DNA of 64,000 nt, from NCBI RefSeq assembly GCF_000150275.1, contig NW_002060947.1, positions 5,371,229 through 5,435,228 of the forward strand, in the 5' to 3' direction. Below the pieces are notes generated by a model, which made no database searches, had not been told where the DNA came from, and saw nothing but the letters and a program-made list of their open reading frames with translations. The DNA is from Trichoplax adhaerens (Eukaryota; Animalia; Placozoa). This document shows, in pieces, positions 1-13,879 of the stretch (position 1 is the stretch's first letter; each line of letters begins with the position of its first letter). The position numbers were made by a program, and so were the translations under genes.

Positions 1-2744
1 CGAAGAATGTGCAAAATATAAAATCAGAGGTATATAAGCTCTTCCCGGTGTGATATTTATTGGATAGCTAGTACTCATAGTTTAGTGCCGATGTATTAGG
101 TAGTATACTGTATGTAATTGGCATTAAACAATGTTACGTTATTTAATTAAATCATTTTTGACCCTTTTACTACAATTACATAAAAGGCAGGGCATATACT
201 AGAATTATTTGATGAAGTCAAAGATAAAGCGAAAATTTTAATTTAAAGAATTATTAAGATAATATGAGATGAATCGTATTAACTGAAAATGTCACTTATA
301 CACATCTTCCTATGAACACGGTTAAAAATTCATTAGTCGTGTTATTATAATTTTGCAAACAAGTAATCCGCCAATTACAGACAGTTTCGATATATATTAG
401 TGAATAATTAATACGTGCATCTATTAATAAGCTATGGCAAAACAGGCGAAATCCAACTTATAATTTCCATCTTGCAGCCAAAAATAACTTAAGCTGTATG
501 TAGTAGCGTCCATACACACTCTGTAATTGTAAGACCAGTACAGTTATTTCATAAATCCCTGAAAGAAAAGTTAACTAGTAAGCCAACTCGACTATCGATG
601 CATTATAATATTAGCATACTGATAGATAAATGTTAGCCTTATATAGCGATTATGACGAAGCCAGAAAGTATCATTAAGTTGAGCCAAAGCCAATAGTTCG
701 AACTTCATTTGAATCATAGCAATATAGCTAACCAGAATGTCCGGATATTATAAATAGATATTGTTGCTCTTTCGGACCTCTGTAAACACTAAAATTTCTT
801 CCTGCAGATATTAGTATAGCTGTTCAAAATAATCTTTCAATTGTCGATCTGCATTCTGCCAATGATATGATATACAGTAAGAATTAAATTACAATCCAGT
901 ATTACTAGCTCTGTAAATTCATAAGTCAAGAGCAGATCAAATAAGCTTCTATATCTTGTAATTTCGAAGCACATTACGTAACTGTCGTAATAAACAGCTT
1001 TCACTACGTACAAACATTATTACCGTACGTATTCTTAAATATTGATATCAGAAATTACAACTATGAAAGAAAATGAGCCAAACCCACGCAGAATATCCTT
1101 AAATGAGGTGTAATGTGTAGTTGGTAACGCACATCGACATGAAATTCAGCACAAAATAAATTAACCGCTATAATGGATCTCCATTTTATTAAAATTGATT
1201 TTTAAACAAAGAAAATAGATATAAGGTGAGCTGGCGGATAATTATTAATCATATAATTATTTATTTCAATTACAAATAATAATAGCTAACATAAATTTAA
1301 GCAACTACTATAAACCTATTAAGAATCTATGAGACACGTTAAATTAAAAACTAAGCATAAGTTGCTTGCAAGATACAGAAAAATTAATATTTTGAATGGT
1401 ACTCATAAATTCAGCTGTGAAATAATTAAGCTAGGACAAATTAAACTTGAAATCTCAAATTTAAATAGAATGTATAAGACTTGAAATCAATTAATTTCCA
1501 GAACGAGATACGATATTTAGCGGCAAGACTTTTAGGTCAAACTCTCAATAAATTAAAGCCTTTAGCAGCTAATCAACTACTCCTTATCATCTTGAAAAGG
1601 TTGCAGCTATACGTATTGCAAATAAAATTTGACAGATTTATATTTACTTTGGTGATTATTCAGCGTAAATCTCCTATTCAGTATTTATCCAATGCATTTC
1701 TACTATTGTTAGGCAGTGTAGAACTATTATTGTACGATTATTGACCTCAAGATCATTATTGCGCGTTTATTAAAAAAAAATGAAGATACTACTACCTGCC
1801 TCTGCTTGAATTCTGCAATCTTTAACAATACCCGATGCTGTGAAACAATGATTGCTAAACAATAAGAAATATAGGTAAATTTAGTTATTAAAATTGCTAA
1901 CTTCGCCAATATTAATTTTTGCAGAAGCCTTCAGCCTCCATTTGTATTCATCAATGTTATATGTAGTACAAGAAAGAAATCTCAAATTCTAATGAGAAGA
2001 AGCTAAGCTTGATTAACCTGTTCTTGATTGAGACGTAGTGTTCGAAGGCAATTTTAGGACCTAACACACAATAACTTAAAATACTTCAATACCAAATGAA
2101 GTACTTTCATGATCTTCATTTGGTTGAGGCATTTACATAGCTGGGAAAAATTAGACTTTCTAATATCTAATAATAGTATTTTTACCTGTATCTCCCATCG
2201 ATATCTATCCAAATCATGTCTGCCATTATTAGGCAGTAATGAAATCTTCTTATTAGAATATTGACAATAAGAGCGTCATTATAGATTCCTTGCATTAAAT
2301 ATAAATGCAAAAAGGTGACTGCTTATGCTGAAATTATCTGGTTACTATGTCGATTACATTCTGTTGACGACGGGAATAGTCATAGTCAGACACATAAAGC
2401 CTTCAAAACAATTGATTGTAAAATAATGCATGGTCATCCAACTGTCACAACAAATTATCAACTTGCATTTATCTATTAATAACTCGTTCATTATCTATTC
2501 TTATCTAAAGGTTTATTGTTTACATTATCAAATGAGGTGATAGGTCGAATTGATATGTAAGCAAGCGCAGACAATTTTCCACGTGATGGCTAGATTATCA
2601 GGTAAGGCATAAAAAAGTTGGACATAATAAGTCTGGTGATAATGATTATTCATGATTAGGCAAAGCGTGAAACCATCAATAACCTCTTTCATACTATATA
2701 ATAGTCTGATAATCGATCATTGAGTTTACAGGCCAGCAATCAGG

Positions 2745-5700
2745 ATGGTAAGAATTCTTATCAAAGCCTAGTTATCATGTTAATGATTTTAAGCCATGTT
2801 CTATTTCTTATTTTATTGATGTCTCACTGTAATCGATCTAATAAATAGTAATCATCACCTTCACATTTCAAAGTTTATAAACATCAGACAGCTTTCTTTC
2901 TTTCTCACAGTTTTATCAAGCGTAGCAAAAAATTCGATCTCGATATGTTGAACTAAGTCAATGTTTAGAAAATTGTCTATCGATTCCACTCAGTCTAGAA
3001 TACAATGTCTACGAAGACTATTTGTTGCCTATCACCGCCCTATAAAATGATTAGACAATAATGTGAAGTACGGTGGTTATTTCAATCAACCATGAAAGAT
3101 TAAACCTTAATCGATTTAACAATTTTTTTCTAATTTTGCTACTTTTAATACCACTACAATGTTTCAATCGATTCAAAGTTTAACATTATTACATGCGAAT
3201 TTGCAAATGTTGCATACTTTTCATAATGGCTGCATGAGGGAACAATGCAGTTCGTTTAAAGATTTCCTTCCTTCGTTAGCCAATTATTGTTTTTGCCATT
3301 CCCTTTTCTACTTAAATGTGACAACAATCACTTAGAAGTTGTTATCCTAACTAATACACTTGAGCCTTGTCAGAGATTGAAATCTAAAACGGAGTTCATT
3401 TGCTTACAATTCAATCTTCTAGTATGGTTTTATACATCGTGCTTTACAAGATTTAATTGTACGCCAATATGGAGAAAAAGAATGGAAACGCATCATGTAA
3501 GTAAGAAAGGTTTTGTTTTCATTAAGATAATAATCAAGCTCTAGGTCATATCTACAGTAGAAATGGATTATCATCATAAAATACTACACCATCAATTCTT
3601 TTTGAATAAAATTCATCCATTCTCTCGAAAACTTTATGAAGTGATGATAGGCTACTATTTTGTAGTGACTAAAATATTGACTAGCAGCGGAATATTTTCC
3701 ATTTTTTTTATACTTAAGGCCTTGTACTACGATGGCACATGATAGCAAAGAGCTTATTGAAGTCTTTGCAATGCCTGATTATTCATGCGCCCCTGTTTAT
3801 TAAGGATACATCTACCGCTACACCTACATGGCTAAAGTAGTTTACTAGTCAAATATTTTCGCGCTTTTAGATAACTGGCTGATACTATTTATGTAATTAA
3901 TCCTTAGCAAGGTTTACCTCCACCCTTGTGGAGAATGCTTATTTGTGAGTTGAAGAATTAGTAATATCTCATCATTTTCTCAACTCGTCATTAGCCTGTA
4001 GAATAGCTACAACGATAAGGCCATCATTAGCATATATAGTCGCAATTCAAAGACAGCCATTTCGTGTTCTATTTCGTTTGAAGTGGTTGTTCTTACGCAA
4101 ACATCTTATCGATCATCATAATGTATTACAATCTATGTGTTCATACAGCTTGCATTTGACTAATATTATTAAGACTTGAACAAATTATCTTAGGAAATGA
4201 ACAATATGATCTCATCTGGTTGAAGAGATAACTTGATTATTCTAATAATTAGCAAGATTATGGATAATGCAACTTTACAATACATATTGCTGTACATAGT
4301 ATCTGACATTTCCTTATCGATTTAGAAAATTGAATAGCCAGAGTAGATATAGTTCTAAATCGGTATAACGAATTAATTCTGAAGCATTCATGAAATCTTT
4401 CACATGTTATTCATTAAAATAATCATCGATATGATGTTATTTTTGTAATTTTACAGTATTGACAACAATTCACTATCACGATCAGTATGATTTGTTTATA
4501 AAGTGCTAGACTATTCGGCTATTTCTCTTCATCAGACTTTCAGTCTTTTTGCAACAGTTTTAATTCTCCATCTAAATAATCATGCTCAAAAATAGTCATT
4601 CTTTGGTGATAGTCGAAGTTTAAATACCATGTAGTTAAAGAAAGTTTCCTAACCTTTTCAGGTTAATAATATAATCACATCAATTTCTATCATATAGGCT
4701 TTATGTTTTATAGATTTTATAGGTTTACAAGACCGTCTAAAATCGATAATTTAGATAATTCTATATTGTTTTCCATGATTTACACGCATTTTTATGATTC
4801 TAATGATAATATTTAAAGTAGTTGCGTTACCAGCTACTCATACGTGGCAGAACTATCTTAACAGTGTTATTGTAACTAGATTCTGTTACGTTGAATTCAA
4901 AAATTAATAAATAAATATTGTTATTGATAATTGATGATTATAGTGATAAAGCTGGTATACAAGAAGAAAGCCGAGCTTTCTTACTACATCAAAGCTACGA
5001 TGATGCATTAACTGTTAAGTTGGTAGCGACCGCTTGCGAAGTTTTAGGTAAATTAATTGTCATAATTGATTAGTAATTCACCGTAATCGATCAAGTAGAA
5101 CCTAATGCTAGTCGCTTTTATCGTTCTTAATGATATTAATTTCATTCAATTGTGTAACAATTTATACTGGCCCATTCAGTCATGATTAATACCTACGTAT
5201 ATTAAAATGGAATCGTAATACTATGATAACAGAAGCTGTATTGGCAAACCTACATTCGTATACATATACTTATTTTCTAGTCAATCGAAGAATGGTAATA
5301 TCATTCATTAAGCTTTAATTTACATATATAGTTTAGTTTATAACCTTTAGTCATAAAGTTTGAATTTAATTCTCCTCAACTTACATTTACAGCTGTTTTC
5401 GTCATCGTTGTCCAATCATCTACATGTACCGATTAAATTAGATTGATAATTAATTAATAAGGGTCGATGCCTAGTCATCAACGTTATGATAACCCAAACT
5501 CAACATGATAAAGATCCAATAGGCGATTGCAATTATTTCTGATAAATCTATAATAAAATCGTCATACAAAGTACTAATTGTCCCCAATATATCAAATTCG
5601 ACTAGAAATAAACACTAAGTATTCATTTCGACTTTTATACTAACCGTTATCGCAATCTAAACCGGCTAGTTCATTTTCGTTCCTATGAATATACTCTCAA

Positions 5701-8700
5701 GAACTTTATAATTAACCATTCATTTAGCTAGGTCATAATACATCTGTATTAAGCACTTAAGAGGGGATAAAAACTAGTATAGCTTTGCGGGGTATACCCA
5801 TGTCTTAGACAATCGACCTGGCGGAACGGAAATAAGTACCAGTACTTGCTAAATCGCTCAGCTCTACTCCTTAACTTTATTTATACCATATTTTATATTG
5901 TCTATCTAACTAATTACATCTATTTGCATATGTTCACCTTGAAGTACTGGTATTGCTATTATTTATGGATTTCTACTTTTAAATAATGTATTGGTTGTAA
6001 TCAAAAATGACTTTATATAAAATTTTTATATTAGCAAGTATCATTAAGGTTAGTAAACCAGGTTCAATATGAATGCATCTATACCGACTATCACAACCTA
6101 GTTAAACAATATTATATTTACAGTAAGTTATTAGGAAAATAGTCTTAGTTTAATTCTGTTAAAACCTAATTAATTTGGAAAATGTCTAATTTGGTGTATA
6201 ATTTATGACGTCAGAAATGAATGATTAATTAATTAATGGAAAGGCAAGCAAAAGCAATTATCCCTCGCATTAGTATGTGGGTAACAGTTTATGATTAATA
6301 ATTAATGTCAAGCAGCAATGCTAGAAGATTATATTTTTGTATTTCATAAGTGCAATCTATTCCAAATTTAGTATTTTGACGGCGATTGCATAGGCTGATG
6401 CTTCTCAAATCTACTGTGCTGAGTAATAAAGCAGGAATAATACCAAAATCCATCATTTATATTTTGAGTTATTTAAAATGTATTAAAATCATAGCCGACT
6501 AGATCTAGGGTACTCATTTTATAATAAATACTCATGAAATCCCTAGATTTTTAGTTTTAAATTGTAAAATTGTAACCTAAAGTCTACAGAAATCAGAACA
6601 CTACTCCCACGGCAAACTGATAAACAACATAAAATACTCGAAGTTCGCGTATGATAAAGATACGTTGATAGGATCGAGATAAGTTCAGAAAGAAAACGTT
6701 AAATTCTTGTTGTGGTTGTACGTCAGTGTTTGCATTTCTGTAGTTTACTACAATAAATATTATAACGAGACACATCACCATCGACAAAAAATTAATAAAA
6801 TATAAACTTTTATATTTTCATTGACACATCGATGAGTGTCTCGTCGGACCAGGATTTGAAGGTTTTGATCAGAACACAAACAAGAAATACTCGAAGTACT
6901 CGTCTGCATTGATCGTATAAACGAACCTTAAGAAAAATCTCTCACTCTTTATCATCATTAGTACATTTATAGCAAGAAAACATTAACTTCTCTCAGTTGA
7001 TGAAATTGATTCATTTTCATACATTAACTACATATTTTAGATATTTACTGGACATATGTGTAATAAATCATTTATCAGATAGTGCGTATAGATTGTTTTC
7101 CACGTACCTGCAGTTGTATTAATTACCATTGAATAGTTAAAAATTTTAGCTGTTATGTTTGCTATTATAAATGTTGAGGAAGAATAAATTTATAAATTTA
7201 ATTACATATTGTGTATAGTATCGTTTACTTCAATGATAATATCGGTATAGGCTCAGCGATAATTAATATATAGTTAGTAACATCGATTTTCTAGAATCTA
7301 GCGAACACGTTATAATTATAAGCTATTGAAAGTATTATTTGATAAAAAAATTCTATAATTTAAAAATACTATACATATTGCAATATGTTTCATAGGCAGC
7401 AGAATGGAAGATATGTTGGAGAAATTCGGAGAACATTTCTTCCAATATTGTGTAGATAATGGTTATGATCGCATCTTACGGGTATTAGGCAGTACACTAT
7501 ATGACTTCTTATTTAATTTAGACGCTCTACATGATCATTTAGGGTCTAGCTATCATGGTATGAATGCACCATCATTTCGTTGTACTTCATCACTCGATGG
7601 CAATATCATTTTGCATTATTATTCTCTACGACATGGTCTATATCCAATTGTCACTGGTATAGTTAAAACCGCAGCAAAACAAATTCATAATGCTGAAGTT
7701 AAAATTCAAGTGATATCAGTTTCAACAACCAGTAAAGGTAAATGCCATGTTCAAATGTTAATATCCCAAGCCAATAGTTCCAGTTCTAATGCTAGTTTTA
7801 TCCAAACAACCGCACCTCAATCACCTGTACGATTTAATCGATCATTATCATCACCACCAGCATTTAATTCCAATACCGCCATCACAACGAATAATAAAGT
7901 ACGCATTAAAGTTGGAACGTTTTGTCAAGCATTCCCTTTTCATATTGTGTTTAATCGTGATTTAAAAATAACCCAAGCTGGCAATTCAATCCGTCGTGTA
8001 CTCAAATTACCAGCAGATTTACCTACTGCTAATATTCATTTCAATACTTTATTTCAATTGGATCGTCCACAAATGAGATTTAACTTTAAAAATGTTATCA
8101 GCCATATAAATATTGTTTTCATTATCTCTACAATCAATGAATTATCAGACTCAGCAGCATACCAACATCAACCACAATATACTAATCATAGCCAACAACT
8201 CCATCGACAACAAAGTTGCGAAAATTTTGATAATTCTGCAACAGATGATACGAGTAATGGTAGACATCGTCACAATAGTCAGAGTGGAAACTGTGTTTCT
8301 AATACTATCAAATTAAAAGGTCAAATGGTTTATGTTCATGAATCTGATAGCATGTTATTTCTGTGCTCGCCAAGGTTTAGTAATCTGGAAGAATTAACAC
8401 AGCAAGGATTCTTTCTAAGCGATTTTCCTATCCATGATACAACTCGTGATGTTGTGCTAATGTCTCATATCCAGCGTAATCGTCGTGATTTAGTTCAATT
8501 ACGTGAACAAGCTACTAATGAATTACAAATATTGGAAATAAAATTAAGGGCAGATAAAAAACGTACCGACGATTTACTCCATTCTATTTTACCAATTCGT
8601 ATTGTCAATCAACTACGTTTAGCTCCTCGAGATCCCATTCATGAACGTTATGCCATGGTTACGGTACTTTTTAGCGATATCGTGGGTTTTACAGCATTAT

Positions 8701-11700
8701 GTTCATCATCAGATATTGATCCATTGCAAGTTGTACGTATGTTAGATGAATTATACCTGAGCTTTGACGAATTGTGCAATTTTAACGATGTCTACAAGGT
8801 AAGCTGAACCAAGTTATATATGTATCATAAAATGAGAATCGCTGCGTAAATTTGTATATTTTGGAATATCAAAATTATTACCTACGCTAAAATATTCATG
8901 TACTTCTCTAGTTGTGATAGAGAATCCGATAGCGTAGTAAGAATTGATTTAGTAGCTATAGAGATGGAAACAAATATAATTTAGTAGGACAGCGAATTTA
9001 TTATTGTGTGTTGTGATCGTGTAAGATTGAAAGTAGTTACTGTAGGTAAGTTGCTAGCTGTTGTAAAATAACATGAAACATGAGTAAAAATCATTAACAA
9101 TCATCACAGAATAATGGGTAACTGTAACAATAATAGAAATATGAACTAGATATCACTAATACTTATACCTATGAAATAGAGCACATATGGAGAATAGTAA
9201 CGTAGAATATGCATACTGTAACAGTCAATATTAGATCATTGAAAGCAGTGATGGTAAGGTAATGGGAACCATGCGTAACTAAATGCGGTAATTTGTATTC
9301 GTATAAAAGTGTGGAAAAACTGCAATTGACCTTTATCTTGAAGAGTAATTAGCCAAAATAATGGTACTGTATAATCTGCATTAGTGTAATTTTTCCTTTA
9401 AGTCTGTGATCTTTAATGATTAAGTGGCAGTTTATATAGCTGCAGCTTATTGGGATAGCGAAATATCTGCCTTGCTAATATATTTAAAGTAAGATAGTTA
9501 TTAGTTTCGTAGCAAATTTTACAGCTGTGTTTTTATATTTGTTGTAAGATATTTCTTCAACCTCACGAGCTTAAGATATGAAAGTTAAAGTTATCCTTGC
9601 CTCAATAGCAATTTTTTTATAGCTATAATTTATCACTAACTGAATAGGTGGAAACGATTGGCGATGCGTATATGATAGTTAGTGGTGTGCCTGATCCATG
9701 TTTCAATCATGCTAATAAGGTAATAAGTATGGCATTCGATATGATGGATGTGACCAAAGGAGTCCTATCGCCGGTAGATAAATCGCCTATTAAGGTAAAA
9801 GTTATAATATTTAGATATCATTAAGCGAATTAGTGTAACCATATCGCTTAAATTTTCTATTATCAAATGAGTATTAACTACCAGTACCGATAACGATAAA
9901 CTATTATCTTAACCATAACTATCCACAGGAGCAATATTTTAATTATAAGATAGCTACTAAATTGCGGTAAAATGGATTTAATTTCAGATTCTACTAGTAT
10001 CATCCGCAGCTCTATACACGAATTTTATTAAATGCTCCAATCATTGATTATATAATTACTAACAAATGTGATTAATTAATGGGAAAGTATGACAATTAAA
10101 AGTCGTTGAAAGAAATAGAAAACATTAACAAGTATAACAAAAACATCTTAATAGAGCAGCAAGTTTCGATACAGTACAATGATGAGTTAATTCAGAATTT
10201 AGTAATTCAGTATCAGAGATTATTTTAATCATTTAAAATAATTACACCTAGAGTAGAGACTTTATAATGACACTTGACATAATTTACACATGTTTGTAGA
10301 CCGTAATTGCATCTTAAGCTTCAGTGGCTTACTAGGAGTGAAATATTTCTTTATTAATAGTGAATAGGAGAATAGCACTAGCAGTTAAATAAATAATATT
10401 TTTATTCTAGCCATAAGGTTTAAGGCAATTCGTAAATCTCTGTCTACTAATTAATCCTATTTACACTTACATTTTCGCACTTTAAATACCACTCAGCATT
10501 ATCGACCTCTATTCTAAGGTTGTACGGTACTAAATAAAATAAATAATTTCAATTAGTATGGTAGAGGCTTTATAACGATGCTTGATGTGATTAACTCATA
10601 CTCGTAAACTATAATTACATTTTTAAGTTTTGGCAACATACTAGAAAAGAAATTTTACGATAATAACGGTGAACAAAAGCATTACATTAAAGTTAATAAA
10701 ATGAAATCCTATTTTTACCCCGAGGTTTAAAGGCAATTAGAAAATCCTGGCTATTTATCAAACCTATTTGTACTTGAATTTTCGTACTTTAGAAGCCTCT
10801 CAGTATTATCTGTTTTTTATTATAAGACCGTAAGATATCTAATAAAATAAGTAATTTTCAATTAAGAATAAAAGCTACGTAACGTTAGCTTTCTACTGAT
10901 GAGCTGATATAGTATGTTATCGATTTTTCTACATCCTAATATACTAAATCAATGAAAAAATTTCAATTACTATTGCAAGCTAAAGCGTAATTAGAAAACG
11001 CTAGCCGTTGATCAATCAAGCGATCTAGGGTGTTATCTAAATCTTTATGTACAGCTATAACTTACTAAATAAGTCAAATAAGTTTCCATCAGTATTTTAA
11101 ACTGCTAATCAAATCGGCCAATCAGAAATTGAATTTTTAATCCTTTTCTATCGAAATCCACATTTAGATCAGAATAGGTATCCATTCCGGTCCTGCTATA
11201 GCTGGCGTGGTTGGACAGAAAATGCCTCGATATTGCTTATTCGGTAGTACGGTAACTAATGCAAGTAAAGTTGAATCTGGCAGTCAAGAGGGAAGAATTA
11301 ATATCAGTGAAACAACTAAAATGTAAGAAATGTTATAATCATCATCAATACAACTTTAACAATAAGTCTTAGTACAGTAGAGTAAATGATATCGCTTGAC
11401 TTTGAGTTATTGAGATAGCGTACCTTTGATATCTGATATTTTTGACCTTTCAACAATAATTCAATCTAGGTCGATTGCAGATACAACTCCCTACCTTTTT
11501 GAACAAAATTATAATCAAAGCCTCAATATGCCTTGCTACTTCATTGATCTTGACCCAAATAACCTATCCCACGATAGCCAAAAACGAACTATGACGCGTA
11601 ATCTATCGATTGATCCTGCACTAAAACAGGGCATTTTCCGATCTCCTAGGCCTAGCCCACCACAAACGCCAGGCGAATCACCAGTAATTACGCCCCCAAT

Positions 11701-11776
11701 GTCACCAACATCTCCACATTTAACTAAAATCTTGTTAGATATTTCCAATTTGCCCGCTATTAATTCTCAACCGTGA
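2745..11776 (+). CDS. Soluble guanylate cyclase subunit (gene 1): alpha-type catalytic domain with intact heme-binding H-NOX; about 730 aa, 7 coding exons
   Basis: Spliced model: ATG 2745-2747 (ATG|gtaaga, tentative); 3423-3496 ([24 protein letters not shown]); 4944-5047 ([34 protein letters not shown]); 7396-8798 ([45 protein letters not shown]); 9648-9794 (VETIGDAY); 11168-11322 ([24 protein letters not shown]); 11470-11776. All introns GT-AG, phases consistent, total 2193 nt = 731 codons. Confidence 0.93.
10400..10891 (+). repeat. Diverged direct duplication of about 180 bp in a gene 1 intron (copies about 10400-10583 and 10710-10891)
   Basis: Collinear shared blocks: aggttt(a)aaggcaatt, cctattt, ttttcg.acttta, ctcag.attatc, aataaaataa.taattt(t)caatta, taacg.t(a)gctt. 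Confidence 0.75.
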
Positions 11777-13879
11777 GATTGAGGTCGTTTGCATATGTTC
11801 GACAACATCACGGATTGATGTAAATAATTGCTACCTTAATGGGATTCGATGAAGTCTAATTATAACCTCAATCCAGCCACGTTAATCAAGATGTAGAATA
11901 CTTTATAATTATACACTTATTCAGATGGAACTAATTCTTAACTCTTTTAGACGATAGCTAACCATTGAGAAGCGAATCTTATAATTTTATAAACAGTATT
12001 TTTGATTACCAGAAATACTAATATGTTAATTGCATATTGCCTGTATTATTTACTTGATTACTTTTAATTTGTTTAATTGATGGATTGATTATATAGTGAC
12101 AAAGAAAACAATTTTAATTCTGTCTTTACAAATTAGCCATAATAAGTGTGGCAAAATCGATTTGACTGATCTAATAACTAGATTCATACATTCATTGGAT
12201 TGAATATTTCTTCCTATTTCTATCAACTTCTTTAACTGTTTCGAAGACTCTTAACAGATATCAAAGCAATTTCAAATTGTTTAAAAAATACTAAACGTAA
12301 ATTGAATGAATACTTAGCACTATCTTTACGTCCGTAAAAATAATTAAGGTTGGGATGATATCCAACAATCTGTAAGAAAATTTTAGTGATATTATAAATA
12401 TAGCTCAAAATAGTATTATTTTCATTGAGTAGAAGATTTAATCTTAAATTTAACTGAATTTAACAAGTTTCCAATCATCTTGACAAGCATCTTAATGCTA
12501 TTACTTAATATTTAATCTTATTATCTTAGGTTAATCAATAAGGGATTTCTAAGATTCTCTCAACTAGCTTCCAACTATGACTATAAAAGTAGAAAATAAA
12601 TAGAAATGATAGAATTGTATTAAATTATTAAACTATTTCAACTGTCTCAATATATTCTTAATCGATTACACCAAAGCTGCAACAAATTCAGCAATCATCA
12701 TTGTAATTTATTTTGTACCACTTTTGCATTATAATAGTGGTAACTAATACAATCAACTTCTGGCAGTAATTTCAGGTCATAATTTATAATCTGCTCTTGT
12801 TCAGAATATTTATCCATGCAATGATGCTTGAATCTATTTTAAGCAATTTGGATCGAAATCTTAAATTAGTAATTGATATGCTTTCAATCTCCATCCATAA
12901 CAAGAATATCGTAGATGATATTTGAATCCTTTTTTAATAATTGATTATTTTAATTTAACACATCATAAGTTTAATCACTTTTGATAACATTTAATATAAT
13001 ACACTTCAACCTAAAACACTTTTAAAGCGCTTTAAACTTCAAAGGTAGCTATAGTTTCCATCACTAGACATAGCGTTCAATATATGGACTTGTGTGATAT
13101 AATTGATCACTAAATTTCAAAATTTATAGAAAATTAGAACTTTGCTAGATCTTTATACGAAGATAATCTGTACAAAGCCCACTCTAGCAGAATAAAACTT
13201 CTAGAAAGATTTCTGAACAGAACACAGAATAACCTAAAGTTGCCCGCTTAAGTTCTTTTCGTAACATTTGCAGCTACAACCGGCATAACTACACTCTACC
13301 TTATTTTACAACTATTTATACAACAACAAATACTGCTAGGCTAAACAATTGTTAGCTCTAGCAAGGTAGTAGTTAATGAGCTACTTATTAGTAACAACAT
13401 TTTATAGCAGTCCATCTATAATCTAATATGGTAAAAGCTACAGTATTTATACTGACATTATTTATGCTAGCAAAAAGTATGATGAACTAACCATATCTAA
13501 AGGTATGAGTTAAGTACCTATTTTACCACTGGTACTTATAGTGATTCAACGCTCTACTGCGTATGGCCATGCATACTATAACATAGAATTTCAATTACAG
13601 TCCATGGTTTTGTGCTAATAAATATGCCTTGAAATAAATATTTAGAGAAATCTACACTGCTGTACATCATGCTAGACATAGCTTATATTCTATAATCTAC
13701 TGTTTACTTAGTTATGTTACAACTTTAAATTTTCTTGAAATATGACTAGCTAACATCAATCTTCTAATATACTATTGTAATTTTTCATATAAGACGTTTA
13801 TAGCCGGATTTTAAAATATTTTTAATATAATTAGGGGTATTAATATAGCTATATTTTCAATTCATATTTGTAGTATTCA

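Noticed and set aside
1700-2000. Exon-like minus-strand fragments (HRVLLKIAEFKQRQ between cag and gtag)
   Set aside because: Could not be chained into a gene or matched to a family.
3287-3544. 85-aa ORF, and the similar 52831-53091 ORF
   Set aside because: Wrong frame. The real coding sequence is the 74-nt sGC exon 2 nested inside each.
6590-6910. Short direct repeat atcagaacac...aaatactcgaagt in a gene 1 intron as element ends
   Set aside because: Too short and no TSD or terminal structure identifiable.
2745-11776. Gene 1 as a homodimeric atypical (beta2/Gyc88E-type) cyclase
   Set aside because: It lacks the catalytic Asn/Arg pair (VTNASK) and the MKG lysine needed for a self-sufficient site, and has no CAAX end.
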